Source of the DNA: Macrostomum lignano
Taxonomy: Eukaryota
Assembly: GCA_002269645.1 (NCBI GenBank)
Contig: NIVC01003197.1
Span: 1-64,000 of the forward strand
DNA length: 64,000 bases
Direction: 5' to 3'
A model generated the notes under the pieces. It searched no databases and was not told where the DNA came from. It worked only from the letters and a program-made list of their open reading frames with translations. Below, piece by piece: positions 47,725-60,154 of the stretch. The translations under genes were made by a program, and so were the position numbers. Each line of letters begins with the position of its first letter. Positions within the stretch are counted from its first letter, which is position 1.

Positions 47725-49496
47725 TTTTGCATGCCATTTTATGCAGTTGCAGAGATATGCATGCAAAAGATATGCATACAGAGATAAAGATATGCAAATA
47801 AAAGAGATATGTATACATGTACATGTATACACAGGGGTGTCGCCACCGGGGGACATGTCCCTCTCAATAAAAGCATGGGCCGGGGACCATGCCAATTCTT
47901 TGTCCCGCCCCCCCCCCCACCTAACCAATTGTGACCGGTTATAGAAATCTATAATTTTGCAAATCGAACGACAAAATATATACATGTATATAGCGCCTGA
48001 GTACCAAAATGATCGTGCCTGCGACGATGGCGACGGCCCCGTATACATACTGTTACGTGCTACACATGTACGTGTCGCCTCAGGAAGAAGGCTTTCGAAA
48101 ATAAAGATAAATCTAGCTACTCGTGCGCTTCTTCCATGCAGATGAGCAGTAAAGTAGCATGCTTTTGATGGGTTCGGCCTTTTTAAGCCTATAGCTTCGG
48201 GCCTCAGAACTCAGAAATGATCGAATCACTTAGAACTCTGGCCTTCTCACTTCTGTCAGATGGTCAGCCCCATGGTAGCATGATTGTGGGCGAGCAGCAA
48301 GGTCCTATAGCTAGGAGAAGACAGCGAGAGACAAGCAGGGAGAATTTGAAAGGTAGAGATTAGCTAATCCGCAGATTAACTAACCCGCTGCCACCAGTCC
48401 GTGCGCCCCGGCTCACCAAACCGGAGCTATCGAAATCGGACTTCCGACTAGAGGGGCACTGCACTTACCTGCCCCTAGTGTCTTTTAGCTGTCTATCTCG
48501 AAGTCATAGCCGAATAAAAGGGACGCTGCTGGGACTAAGATCTCATTGGCCATGCAGGGACAGAGAGGACTTTTGCAGGGGGTTCTTGCGCTGGCGAGCC
48601 TTCATACACTACTAAATGTACTATTTCATTACCAAATTCCCAGAAGTACATGTATAAGTACACGTAACTGCACGCTTTTGGCGCTAAATGTGTTAACACG
48701 TCGACAAATAGCGATGATGTAGATGTATTGTTACTTTTGGAGACCTTCAGACTAATATTTATCTCGTTTTAGCCGCTTAGCTGCCTGAGACCGCGCGAAG
48801 CGCCAGTCTGGCACTTATAATTCGCATGCTTATCATGATTTCTTAGATCGACTGATTGACTGGGAACTGTGCCGCTTCCGGTCCACCGTGACCTCTGCCT
48901 CTAGATTTAGCCGCTCATCTCAGCTGGCATTGCGAAAAAGAAAGAAAACGCTAAGTCTTTAACTTCCAGATTTAACTTTCTCACTTAATCCGCAATCCTA
49001 AACACTTTAGATTGAGTTAGAGCGAATGGCTACTTTTAATATTAACTGACACTTCTGCCTCGAGATTGGCACACAAAAGCAAGTAAGCAAAAGTGCAAAT
49101 CCTATCAGACTACCTAGGAAGTGGTCAGTCAGACAAAGGGTGCACCCAGTTAAGCAGGTCAAGAGAGCCTCTCACCAAACCAATCGGAGGATCTATCTGC
49201 CGGTAGCCAAGGAATCCACAGAGACCGAAGCGCTCAGATGGGATGCTGATGCTGATCTTGACTGACGATCGCCGCCGCTACTCTTCACTTGCCGATGGTC
49301 GGTGCTGCTTTTGGTTCGCGGCCGGGAAAGACTGGTGACGTCTCCCGAGGGAAAACTTAGCTGCTGAAGCCGAAGCTGCCGGGGGAAGGGGGACCAGATG
49401 CCGAAGGGGCAGCCGGAACAAGACACTAGCAAGTCCGGAAACACCCGAAGGGTCGGGAACGCAAAATGTTACTCGAGCGCGGGTCGAGTTGCCGTC

Positions 49497-49628
49497 TTTT
49501 ATAGCTCTCACGCGGCCGATTTGTTATAACGCACGCCGAATTTTCCGATTGGCTGAGAGCTTTTGTTAAAATAGGCGCCGAATTTTTTGATTGGTCGAGC
49601 CGGGGGCAGTCAGGTCGACTCTGATTGG
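49497..49628 (-). promoter_or_regulatory. Pol II promoter-like cassette: three CCAAT boxes plus TATAAAA
   Basis: Minus strand AGCCAATCA (49628-49624 core), GACCAATCA (49594-49590 core), AGCCAATCG (49552-49548 core), then TATAAAA at 49503-49497. No adjacent ORF. Confidence 0.45.
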
Positions 49629-51924
49629 CTGAGCTCAAGACCCCAAAACCCACCCCATCAGGTGGCCTTCAGACCCCAGGGAAGTTGACAGGTGCGGTCA
49701 TAAATCATAAGCAAAACATAATAAAAGTCACTTGTCTAGACATCCTGGCGCCAAAAGTGACATCAAAACGCCCATAAATCAAAGGAGAAAGCAACAGAGC
49801 GAGTGGGGAGAAAGCTGGAAAGACCTCTTTGACCCAGACAGGCTGGAGCCAAAAGTGACAGCTAGACGGCCATAAATCACTGAAAACAGTAAAAAATTCA
49901 CAAATCTGGGGGTCAGAACGAGGTTGAAAACGTTCCTCCCAGACTTAGTGTCGCCTGTCTAGACTGTTGGAGGTCAATCCATCTCAAACCCAGACAGTCT
50001 GACCTTCAAAGGTGCATAAACAATCCAAAATTAGAATCCTACGAGAAGTACATTGAGTTTCTAACATAACTAATAGTACTGGCATAAATTAGCATAGAAC
50101 TTAGCCTAGATGAGAGAATGGAGAGAAATTCCTAAGCTAGCCTACTGACAGTAGGGGAAAAGCGCATCGAAGCAAAATGTGCGGTTCTAAGATTGAAAAA
50201 GTTGCGTCCTCATCACTTTGATTCGGAATCTGGATTGCAAAGCCAAGTCAATTTATAGCTACTGAACATTGTACATGTACATATATAGGCCTACCTTGAA
50301 GTGTATAGCCCAGTCCTTCTTTGACTTAGCCATTAATTGGAGTTAGGCGTTTATAATCTCGAAATTTCACATCTTCGAAATACAGAATCTTCTACAAGCT
50401 CTAAAATTCACATGCCCTGTAATTTCAAAAGCTTAAAGTGAATTGAAGTTGGTAAATAATCAATAAACTTTTCTACGATTATACATGCATGCATGTACAT
50501 GTTTATGAGGCTTCAAGCTTGTGAAATCGACCAAAAATTTTAGTTTTCTATGATGTGATGAATTTTTGTTTTGAGCTAATTGGAGTTTACTAGCGGTCTT
50601 CGATCAACGTTTTGAAATTTCGAGCTTGTAAAATTAAGCGACCCATCAATCATCCACGTACAGTACTACTCGTATGCCAACTGGCTATCAATGATCAAGT
50701 CGAATGGTTCATGCAACGCTTGCTGATTCCCAGATCCCAGGTCCCAGATCCCTCACACTGAGTGAGGCGCAGGTGGCTGTCAAATCCGCTCATAAACAAT
50801 GATTTATGACCCCAAAAGTAGCGAAGACCGCGCCTATGTTATTATGACTACAGGTATGGAGAAATCATATAGCTACAAAGATCCTACTGGTATGAATTCT
50901 AGGAAAATTACATAGAAATGAGAAAAATGCCCATAGCCTGCTGTTAGTAGGCTAACAAATTTGGAACCCATTTGCGAGCGTGAAATTTGAAAAAAATGCG
51001 TCCTCATCAATTCGTAGAAGTATTTGCTACTTTTTATATCTTATGGGAGTGGAGACTTATAAAATACGGATCGGGTCAGATTCAGGATCCGAGATCCGTA
51101 TAAGATAAGCAATTAATTGATTATAACAAATCAGCAATGATTAGGCGTCAGAACGGGGGGTGGGGGCGAGCCATGGCTCATGGGGGTACCAGCCCCCCGC
51201 CCCCAATTTTGAAAAGTTCCGACGCCTATGCCCAGTGCCAATCCTTCAAAAAGGTGCTCGAGTGACTCTGCGTCACTGTACCTCTGCAGCTTATACATAC
51301 ATGTGTACGGTGCTGCAAGATTGCAACTGCTGTTTTCATGAGGTTGCCTCCAAGGACTGCTGTATACATGTAGCAAATGCATACATGTAGCTGCTGATGT
51401 CTGAGGCAATGTGTGGCAGCAGCAAATATGCAAAATTGCTCTCTATTGTCAGTCTTTCACAGCATAGCAGTGTCAACTGGGGCTGAAGCTTTACAAGTAT
51501 TTACTACTCACATGTAACTGTTAAGTTTTGAACTTATCCGGTGCGAGGGAGTGTCACAAATTGCATTTATTATAGTCTCTTCTTATTGAGACACGTACCC
51601 TACATGTTTCATTTTTTCAGATAAAAGAATTCAAAAGTTGAAGAAATTGCCTTATTACATTGTGCTTTACATGTACATGTACATTTACAGCAGTACATGC
51701 ACATATGTAACGGGACTTAAGCTACAATTGTCCCATAATATGGTATACACGCACTTTACACGGTACATTGTATCAGATGCTTTTTTCGATAGTTCCTGCA
51801 TATAAATTTATCAACTAAAATGTACGCGTGTATGGCTAGCTATTCATTTTCTTGGGGTGTTTTTTGCTGTCCATCATTTTCAGTATGTTCCTATCGACAA
51901 GAGCTCGAGTAGTCAGTTGAGTAA

Positions 51925-54900
51925 TTATTTTCCGTCGCGAAGAACCTCAGGCGAGCACGAGGTCACCAGCCGCCGCTTGCCGAGCGGGATCAGGTGGCGA
52001 TAGTTGTCCACCATCTGCTGCTCCCGGTCGCCGGTCGGCGAAGCGTGGCCGCAGGACAGACTGCGAAGTTGGGCGAACTGCGGAGGAATTCGGAGTTGAG
52101 TGTCGGTTTGTTTGCGTTATCTAATTACATATCTTACTACGAAGTAAAGTAAAATCAGGGACTACTTAAACTAGGGACTGGAAACTGGCCAAATCATGCA
52201 AAAAATTGTTGGAGGCTGGTTTTTTCTAGCCCTCTCTAGAACTTATTATTGAACGTAGAAAGCTAGTTTTTCGCCATCCTGTACAGAATTTATCCCTCTA
52301 CAAGATACACAACTTACTTTTTATCAAGCTTCATTTTGAGAGTAGCAGTGAGCTCTTTTGTACAGGACCCCTCTTTTCACAGTGTTTTATAGAGAGAATG
52401 CCTTATAAAAATCTGCAGTCAGACGGCTTGTTGTCTATGCTATAAAACGCATCACTATACATGTAGCACTTGTTTATCAATTGAGCATGCAACGAAGGCT
52501 TGGCTTTAGTCTGTCTGATGACTGATAGAGCCTGATGCATGTATAAGAATGAAGAGCTTAGCTAAAGGCGAAAGAAACTCTAGCAAGCCAACTTTTTTCA
52601 AGCCAAGTTCACGAGACCCCGTCAGGTGGAACATCAACGCTGAGCTACCCGGACCGGATGTAGCGAGGCTGCGGCAGCTGCTAGAGTACAAAGAGAACTT
52701 GTTCGCCAAGCACGAGTTCGACCTGGGCACGACGGAGCTGCTGCAGCACCAGGTCGAACTGGAAACGGGAACGCGGCCGCACCGGCAAATCCAAGCAGCG
52801 CCGTCTGCCTCGGTCTGTGTGAGACCAGGTGGATAATAAGATCGTACAGATGCTGGACAGCAGCATCATCGAGCCGTCGTCGTCGCCATGGGCAAGCAAC
52901 CTGCTGGTGGTCCGTAAGAAGAACGGCAAAATGCACGGACTGTCGGCAGCTGAATACCTGTACGGTCAAGGACGCGTACCCGCTGCCGCAGGGGGGGGGC
53001 GTAGCCCAGCGGTAGCTCAGCTGCTCTGGTGTGCCAGCGACCCAGGCTCGATTCCAAGTGCAGTCACATTAATTTGGGGCTGAATTGGAATCTCGGCTTA
53101 GATCTGCTCGTGCAATTAACGGCCTTGAGAGCCAACCCCCCAAGGCGCAGTGAAGTGTACATGCCTAACGATAAAATATAGTTAGGGCCACTGTACACTC
53201 CTGTGTGAGTGTGTGCCTGCGTACGTATCCGCGCGCTTGTATGCCTTGCTCAGGGGAGTCGGCGGAATGGGCAGTAATGCCTCTCGCCGGTTGTGTGCCT
53301 ATGTCGCTTAAAGTGCGCCAGGGTGCACACAACCCCCCTGCCTCTAATAAAAAAAATACAAACCCGCTGCCGCACATTCAGCAAGCATGAATGCTCTGGT
53401 CGGGTGCTTCTGGTTCTCCACCATCGACCCATGGCTACCACCAGGTGGAGGTGGCGGAAGAGGACCTGCCTTCTATTCAACCCGCGGCTTGATGCAGTTC
53501 CGTAAGACGGGCTTTGGAATTTGCAATGCCCCAGCGACGTTGCAGCGGCTGATGGAGCTGGTGATGTCCGGTCTGTCCTGGGACCCTTGCTGACTTACAT
53601 CGACGACATCATCGTCTTCAGCAGGACCTTCGACGAGCATCTAGTGAGGCTTGAGCTTGAGCGCGTTTTTCAACGGCTGCGAGATGCGGGTCTCAAACTG
53701 CACAAGGCGAAGAGCGTGTTCGGCCATCGCCAGGTGCTGTACCTGGGACACCTGATCAGCGACCAGGGTTGCACCGGACCCCAGCAAGTTTGAGGTCATT
53801 CGCAGCATCCCTAGTCGAAAGTTGGTCGAAGAGGTGAAGTGGTTCCTCGGCATGCTGCTACCGCCGATTCATTGAAGGGTTCAGCCAGACGGCGAGAGTC
53901 CTGCACGATGCGTGAAATCGAGAGACTTCGCATATGGACCGGCGACTGAGAGCAAGCTCACAGTAAAGGAAAATTGACCGCAATAAGCAGGCGCAGGGAG
54001 TTCTGATTCCTCCGAATTCCTGGAGTTGGTTTCCAGGGAAAGCTGGCATACCGGCCTGAGTACATATTTGTGAAATTTTAAATGCCTATATGTCCACAAA
54101 ATATATCTAGCAATACGTACGTACAGTCACCGACTAAATGAACCGAGTGTGGCTCGGTTTCAGAGTAATTGCAGAGCAACTGTAATGACAAGGAAGATTT
54201 TATTTTTTATTCAGTTATTCAAGGCTACAAGCTTAACTGAATAGCGATGATGCTTGTGCAGAAACCCTAGACATTTCAATAAGACGTTTGCTATGTTAAA
54301 TTCCCTAGAGAAAAGGGAGATCCTGTGCAAGAAAGCTCACCGCTCCTCTCAAAATGAAGCTTGACAAAAAGTAAGTTATGCATCTTGTAGAGGGATAAAT
54401 TCTGTACAGGATGGCGAAAAAACAGCTTTCTACGTTTAATAATAAGTTCTAGGGAGCGCTAGAAAAAACCAGCCTCCAACTATTTTCTGCATGATTTGGC
54501 CAGTTTCCCATCCCTAGTTTAAGTAGTCCCTGTGTAAAATATGAAGTACATCACACACCGTATTTTCTATGCGTGCGCCTTTTGCATTTTGTACATGTAT
54601 CACAGCAATATCAGCGTTTTGCGTGACCTCTCTCTTGTATGACCTCCAACTGCTTTTATGACCTCCATCTTTCTTTGCATATCTGTGTTTTGCATATCTT
54701 CCTGCTTTTGTGCCTTCTGCCTTTTTCGGAGTCGTTCCGCGTCTACATGTATCTTTGCATAAACCTGCTTTTGTAATTTGCATACAATTTTATAATCTTT
54801 TGTGCGTATTTCGCAAACATACGAATACGAATACCTTAACGTTCCTCAAGTATATCACATTTGTCCACCGACAAGCGAGTTGATGTGTGTCGAAATTTAG

Positions 54901-57667
54901 ATGACAAGCGGTGCAAAGTTATCGTTTGTATTTGACGGTAGAATCAGGAATCTTGAGCGCATGGCTCTAGGCGGGGTCTTGAGAGGAAGAAGGGCTGAAA
55001 CCGAGAGGGGAGCTCTGCGAAAGAAAGAGTGTACTGCCATAGACTAACTAAACAATAACAGAACGAAAGTTGAGCGAAGCTTAAGTCACATAATATACAA
55101 CATAGACAGAAAAACAATAATGCACTGAAGCTATTAGGCTGAGCTCTAATGCACAACACGAGTCATCAAGGATAACTGAATAAGAATTGGCCTAGCCAAT
55201 GCTGGACCAGTCGGCGTGATCGTAGCTACGCTCGTAATTAGACTCAACGCAAACACAGTTCGTGATGCTAAGCGGTTTTCAAGTACATGTAAGAAGTTTA
55301 AAGTAGACATCGTTGTGCGGCTGGGTCAACTTACAAGACCATACAATGGTCCGATGGTCGAAGTGGATGCAGATCATTCAATGTTAGACTGAGACGCTAA
55401 AATCTACATGATATCCTCAAATTGTTACTTGAGAACGACAAAACTCTGAGAGATCCTGTGTGATCCTGTCAGTTTCTACGCGAACTATGGGTTCAATTCT
55501 AGAGTTTTGAGTTGAGAAGAGATCCTTATTTGGATGGACCATTGGATCTGAACGCTGTTGCAATGTCTCGGCGTTTCTAGTCGACTGCATGGTCAGGCAA
55601 GTTATCGATTGGTCCGGATCTTTACCTCAGGCGATCGAGCTACAATCTCTTCATGTTTTCAAGCTGCGAAACAGCTACATGTAATTAAGTTTGCTCACCT
55701 GTTCGGCACTCATGGTGATTGGCTCCCGAAACACGGTCCACTGCACGGACTCAAAGCACGGCGGCGTGGTCAGCGAGCCCTCGTACGAAAAAATCTCGGT
55801 CAGATTGGCCGGCAGGAAGTTCGCCAGGTTGATTGGCTCAGCGAGCGGTACTTTCGAGCCAGGAGCCCGGATCTTGTCGAAGTGCTGCAGCACCCGAGCC
55901 ATTGCCGGGTGCTCCGCTCCTATCTGTGGCCGCAGGGATTTGAGTTTAGTGTGAGTTGGCTACTATAGTATCAATCAAATGCGGGATTTGACGCCACCAT
56001 AAATAGAAATGGGTTTCCAATGCAAGCAGCTAGTCATTGCAGTTAAACAGTAAAATACACGTGTACTGCGTATAGACGAAGACAAACGATTCCTTACTTT
56101 TGGGAAGGCACTATACGTTTAAGCTAAACAGGCTTGACGCAACATGCCAACCCAAAACTATCAAGCGTATGCTAACAGAGGCGTACATAGGGGCGTAATT
56201 TTGGTGTCAGATGTACATATTTAGCGCCCGAGGCGAGGTCTTCTAATACCTATTTTTTAACCGATAGACCAGCGTGAAGTACGCGGCCCGCAATGCCTAC
56301 GGTATATCTGCAATCTGCTCTTACATCTACGAAAACTCCCAAAACGGCGAGTCCATCCTTGATGGCGGCAGCCTCCTGGAAGCTGGAAAACTTGCCAGCG
56401 TTCCAGTGCACCAGGTGCAGCTCCGCTGGGAACAACCGACCGTTGAGCGCGTGCTCGCTGCCCCAGGAGTCTCCGGAGCCCCAGTGCATGTGGAACTGGG
56501 CAAACTGGTAGCGGCACAGAAGAGGTCCGCCTTCCACGGCTGAGTGCGGGTTTGAGCGGAAGGATTCATGGTTGATTCAGTTATTTGGATACTGCTATTC
56601 TCCGATCACAGTGGTGTCTCCCCCGGACTCCCCCGAGTGTTTGCAGCTCGGCTCCTTAGTTCGTATTACAAGCGCAAACATGTTATGCAATGCAGACAGA
56701 AAGACTTGAGAGTTCTTATTAAGCTCTCGATTAAAAGACTCTGTAAACTATATTTAAAGTATATAGCACAGTACCACTGACTCAGAGCCTTCTGAAGCTG
56801 AAGCTCATTCATCAAACCTGCTCAAAGATTCAATACTCACTGGCCAAATCGCCGCTCCCGCTGGCCACCTGGAAGCTGTGGCCGGTGTTGCTCAGCTGAC
56901 AGTCGGGCAGGTCCTGGTAGGCGCACCTCAGCGGCGGATTGTTGAGCTTAGCCGAGAACACCGCCTGCCCGAAATCCAGGTTCACTGGCGACTGAAACGC
57001 CCCCGCGGCCTTTGGAAAGAACCGGGACCAGGTGTGCGGTCCTGCGTTGCGCAAGTGCAAATTCAAAGGATTTGAAATTCAACCAAGGACTTAGAATTTT
57101 TTAAAGTCGTTTGCGGCACCGAAAATTTCAAATAAAACGGAATTAATTTTTATAGATTCAACATGTGGGTTTTTTTGCGGGGCACCATTTTTAACAGGGG
57201 TGCACCATGAGTCATTCTTTCCAGCTGTCTGCAGTGGTAGTAATGAAAATGAGACGTAGGATATGCATGAACATGTTAGATCGACGCAAAATGAGTTTGT
57301 GTTCTTGTAATCGGAACAATTTCTGTTTTGTTCTGTTGAACACCAAAACATCTGTTCTCCAAAATTACTGGAGAATGTCCGTTTCAAAACTCGATATTGA
57401 CTGAGATTCCTACTGAAAACCCATCCGACCTTACATGTACGTCGTCGAAACGTGCTAATAACTTTCTATCAGAGTCTTGTCGTCCGAGCGATCAGAAGTG
57501 CAACTCATTTAGTCTTCTTTCACATACAGGTACTATATCTATATGTACATTATACTCTCGCACGTCTCAGGCAGCCATGGGACACCCCGGTGCGCATAGC
57601 CCAACTTTAGCTTCTCACCATTTTCATTGTCGTATCCCCAGCTCGGTTGCTTCTTGCCGCGCTGCAT
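51925..57667 (-). CDS. Cytosolic alpha-carbonic anhydrase; exons 57667-57619, 57041-56841, 56539-56325, 55923-55699, 52077-51925 (~280 aa)
   Basis: All junctions are GT-AG and in phase, total 843 nt. Motifs SWGYDNENGPHTW, QSPVNL, NTGHSF (His64 equivalent), QFHMHWG, GSEH, AELHLVHWN (zinc His triad), DGLAVLG, YEGSLTTPPCFESVQW, MVDNYR. No signal peptide. Paralog not assignable. Confidence 0.94.
52550..53960 (+). pseudogene. Ty3/Gypsy pol fragment (RT through start of RNase H), frameshifted
   Basis: Peptides LFAKHEFDLGTT, IIEPSSSPWASNLLVVRKKNG, KDAYPLP, FGICNAPATLQRLME, TYIDDIIVFSRTFDEHL, YLGHLIS, YRRFIEGFS spread over several frames. No LTRs seen. Confidence 0.9.
52991..53361 (+). mobile_element. 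tRNA-derived SINE inserted into the Gypsy RT
   Basis: 13 bp TSD ACCCGCTGCCGCA (52978-52990, 53362-53374), G-run 5' end, A-box-like GTAGCCCAGCGGTAG, B-box-like GGCTCGATTCC, A-rich tail AATAAAAAAAATACAA. Confidence 0.85.
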
Positions 57668-59770
57668 GTTTTAAAAATTATCCTCGGCCGACTTGATCGA
57701 CTTATAGCTCTCCGGATCTCTGCTGCTGCCAAGAGTTTTTTTATGAAATTTGATATTTGGAGGAGCAGTTTTTTCTTTTTAACTGAAAAACCTGCCTAAT
57801 TCAAAAGATCAAGAAGATTTTACGCAGTTGCAAAGAGGCCAATGAAACTGAAAGCTGGTGATAAGCAGGTGTGTTGAGATTGACAATCTCTTAGCAATAG
57901 CTATTCGTATACTCGTACAGCTCAACTGAGTAGCGCGTCTCTCTCGAGTAGCTTGCTAAGATCTACATGGTGGACGACTTATGGCAGCGGAATCAATTGA
58001 TAACGCGCTCCTGCAGTGCAGTCGACTAAAGGTATCTGCAGACCCCCGCGTGACAGTTTTGGCAAAGATAACGACCACCCGAATATTGTGCAGAATCATT
58101 TCACATTTGCGCATGCATGCACACTGTTTTCATACAGTATAAGTGACTTTTTAGCATCGCTGCATGATTGCTTTTGTTTCAAAGACACAATTTTTTAACT
58201 GAAACAAACGGTAGGCCATCTAGATCGTACTGTGTACCAAAGCTGTCCCAAAACAGAGGCAGTAATCGATGTAATTTAATGTAATTTGAATCAACTGAAT
58301 GAGTAAATAAAAATGTTACAGTTCTATCACTTTTTTACTTGTTTCAAAATGTTAATCTCTTCAAAAGTTATGGCTAAAATATAACAGGAGGTGGGGAGAG
58401 TTATAATAAATAAAGTCTGTTACAGCACCGCCATCGCCATCTACTGATGGCGATTCATCACTACACCTGTAATTCCTTCACTTTATCATCAGCCATTGTT
58501 ACTGGAGAGGTTGGATGATCATCACGGTTGGGCTGTGTCATGCAGTATCATCTGTACGTCCAATGATGAAGCGCACCTCAAGCCGGCGATATATGCATAC
58601 AAGACAGTCATAGAAGAGATCAGAGATTTCATACAGCTACATGGCTACCGTAACAACATTTATTAATTGCTTCCTCGCTTCCCCAGTTCTACTGCAGTAG
58701 AGAATATAACTGACGTTGAATATTTGGAAGAAACACCACCAAGTATATTTTGAGCAACTGAAAAAGAAAATGAAAACATTCCCCAGTAGATTTGCCTCTA
58801 TTAGAGTCGATTTGCTCAGCGCGATTTCTTTCGGCAACTGCGATCGGTTTTTATTAGTTGTTCCTGTCTGGACCATATCGGTGCTTACGTTTCCATTCTC
58901 TCTTCTTTTTTTCTTTTCTTTTATACATGCTTCTGTTTTTCCATAGCTCCTTCTGCTCATTTTGCATTCCTCGTTGCAAAAGATCAAGTCTATAGTCAAA
59001 CTCGCGGGTTTGAAAAACTATATAACCCCTTAACCCCCAGATGTTATATTTTTAATTTTTATAGTCGATCATAACTTTCGAATATAAATAAACATCATAT
59101 TTTAAACGGTGCGATGATCGAAGTAAGTTACATTAAATTCTGATTCCAGAGTTCTGAGTCGATACATTGATTTTCCCGCTATAAAATGCAAGGCCACATA
59201 TGGAAGAGACAACAAGCCGTCTCGGATGTACATGCATGTAATGAATATTCAGGAACGATAGCGATGGGCTTTCCAAGCTTGGTAGAATAAGTCTAAGACA
59301 AACATTAAAATTTTCAGTACAGATGATACAATAAAAAGATATAGCATATCTCTTAGCAAATGTCAGAGGCCCGTGGGTCTGAATCAGCTGAATAAAAGGA
59401 CAAGGCCGGGGACTAGCAAAAATTATTTAGTCTTCTTAACTCGTCCTTTTCCGGAATATTAACAAATTGGCAGCTTCAGTAGCTATGGCTCCGATTGCGA
59501 GGACGAATCCAGTAATGATCTACTTACGAAGAAGTCATTGAATTTGCAGTCAGGCCTTATATATAAAGCTTTTTCTACAATGCCGCAGTCGCAGCGCCGG
59601 ATTGGACAACATATGCATTGATATTTATGTCTAGGTTTTACTTACATTTTTTATAGAAATAAAAATTTAATTTATATATAAAGAAAGTTCACCATACATT
59701 TTATAACTTCCTAAAAAGTACTAACTACTTGTTAACACCGATGCAGTCTTTAACGTTGACTGTTACCTTA

Positions 59771-60154
59771 GGGTCTCCCTAAAACACGCCCCGCGCCGCC
59801 CCGAACCGTTACACATTATAACAAATTTGGCTATAACTGAAAACATTTAAAAGTTAGTTAGTTCTCTGTTAAGCTTCAAGTTTGTATCGAATTTAGTTTT
59901 TTCACTATGAAATATACAATTCGGTAAATAATAAGCGATATTAATAGTAATATTAGTAAAATAATAATTATAAAATTTTTTAAAATAGAAACGAGAAAAT
60001 GAAAAATAATGCTATTATTTAGAATAATGATTGAATTTATTTATTCCATTACTCTTACAACAAATACTTTTCTCTGCAATCAAATACTGCATTGACAAAA
60101 AATGTTATAATGTGTAGCGGTCGGGGCGGTGCGGGGCGTGTTTTAGGGAGACCC
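59771..60154. mobile_element. Mutator-like MITE (384 bp)
   Basis: ~55 bp TIR GGGTCTCCCTAAAACACGCCCCGC..., 9 bp TSD GTTACCTTA at 59762-59770 and 60155-60163, AT-rich interior. Confidence 0.88.

Larger units (their letters stand above)
52156..54532. mobile_element. Second long-TIR P-type element (non-autonomous), in the last carbonic anhydrase intron
   Basis: ~220 bp imperfect TIRs starting CAGGGACTACTT / AAGTAGTCCCTG, related to those of the 45767 element. Flanks AGTAAAAT / TGTAAAAT (7 of 8 identical). Confidence 0.85.

Noticed and set aside
51141-51229. Mini element with TAGGCGTC(A/G)GAAC inverted ends
   Set aside because: Only ~13 bp of inverted match and no TSD found; too weak to call.
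52991-53070. Functional tRNA gene
   Set aside because: A/B boxes are present but no convincing cloverleaf. It is followed by a SINE body and A-tail and flanked by a TSD.
55560-55665. Apparent last carbonic anhydrase exon (CAG|LENMKRL*)
   Set aside because: It has in-frame stops and lacks the DNxR motif. The exon at 52077-51925 supplies MVDNYR in phase.
58637-58999. 120 aa ORF upstream of carbonic anhydrase
   Set aside because: AT-rich and low complexity, with no recognisable domain or splice support.
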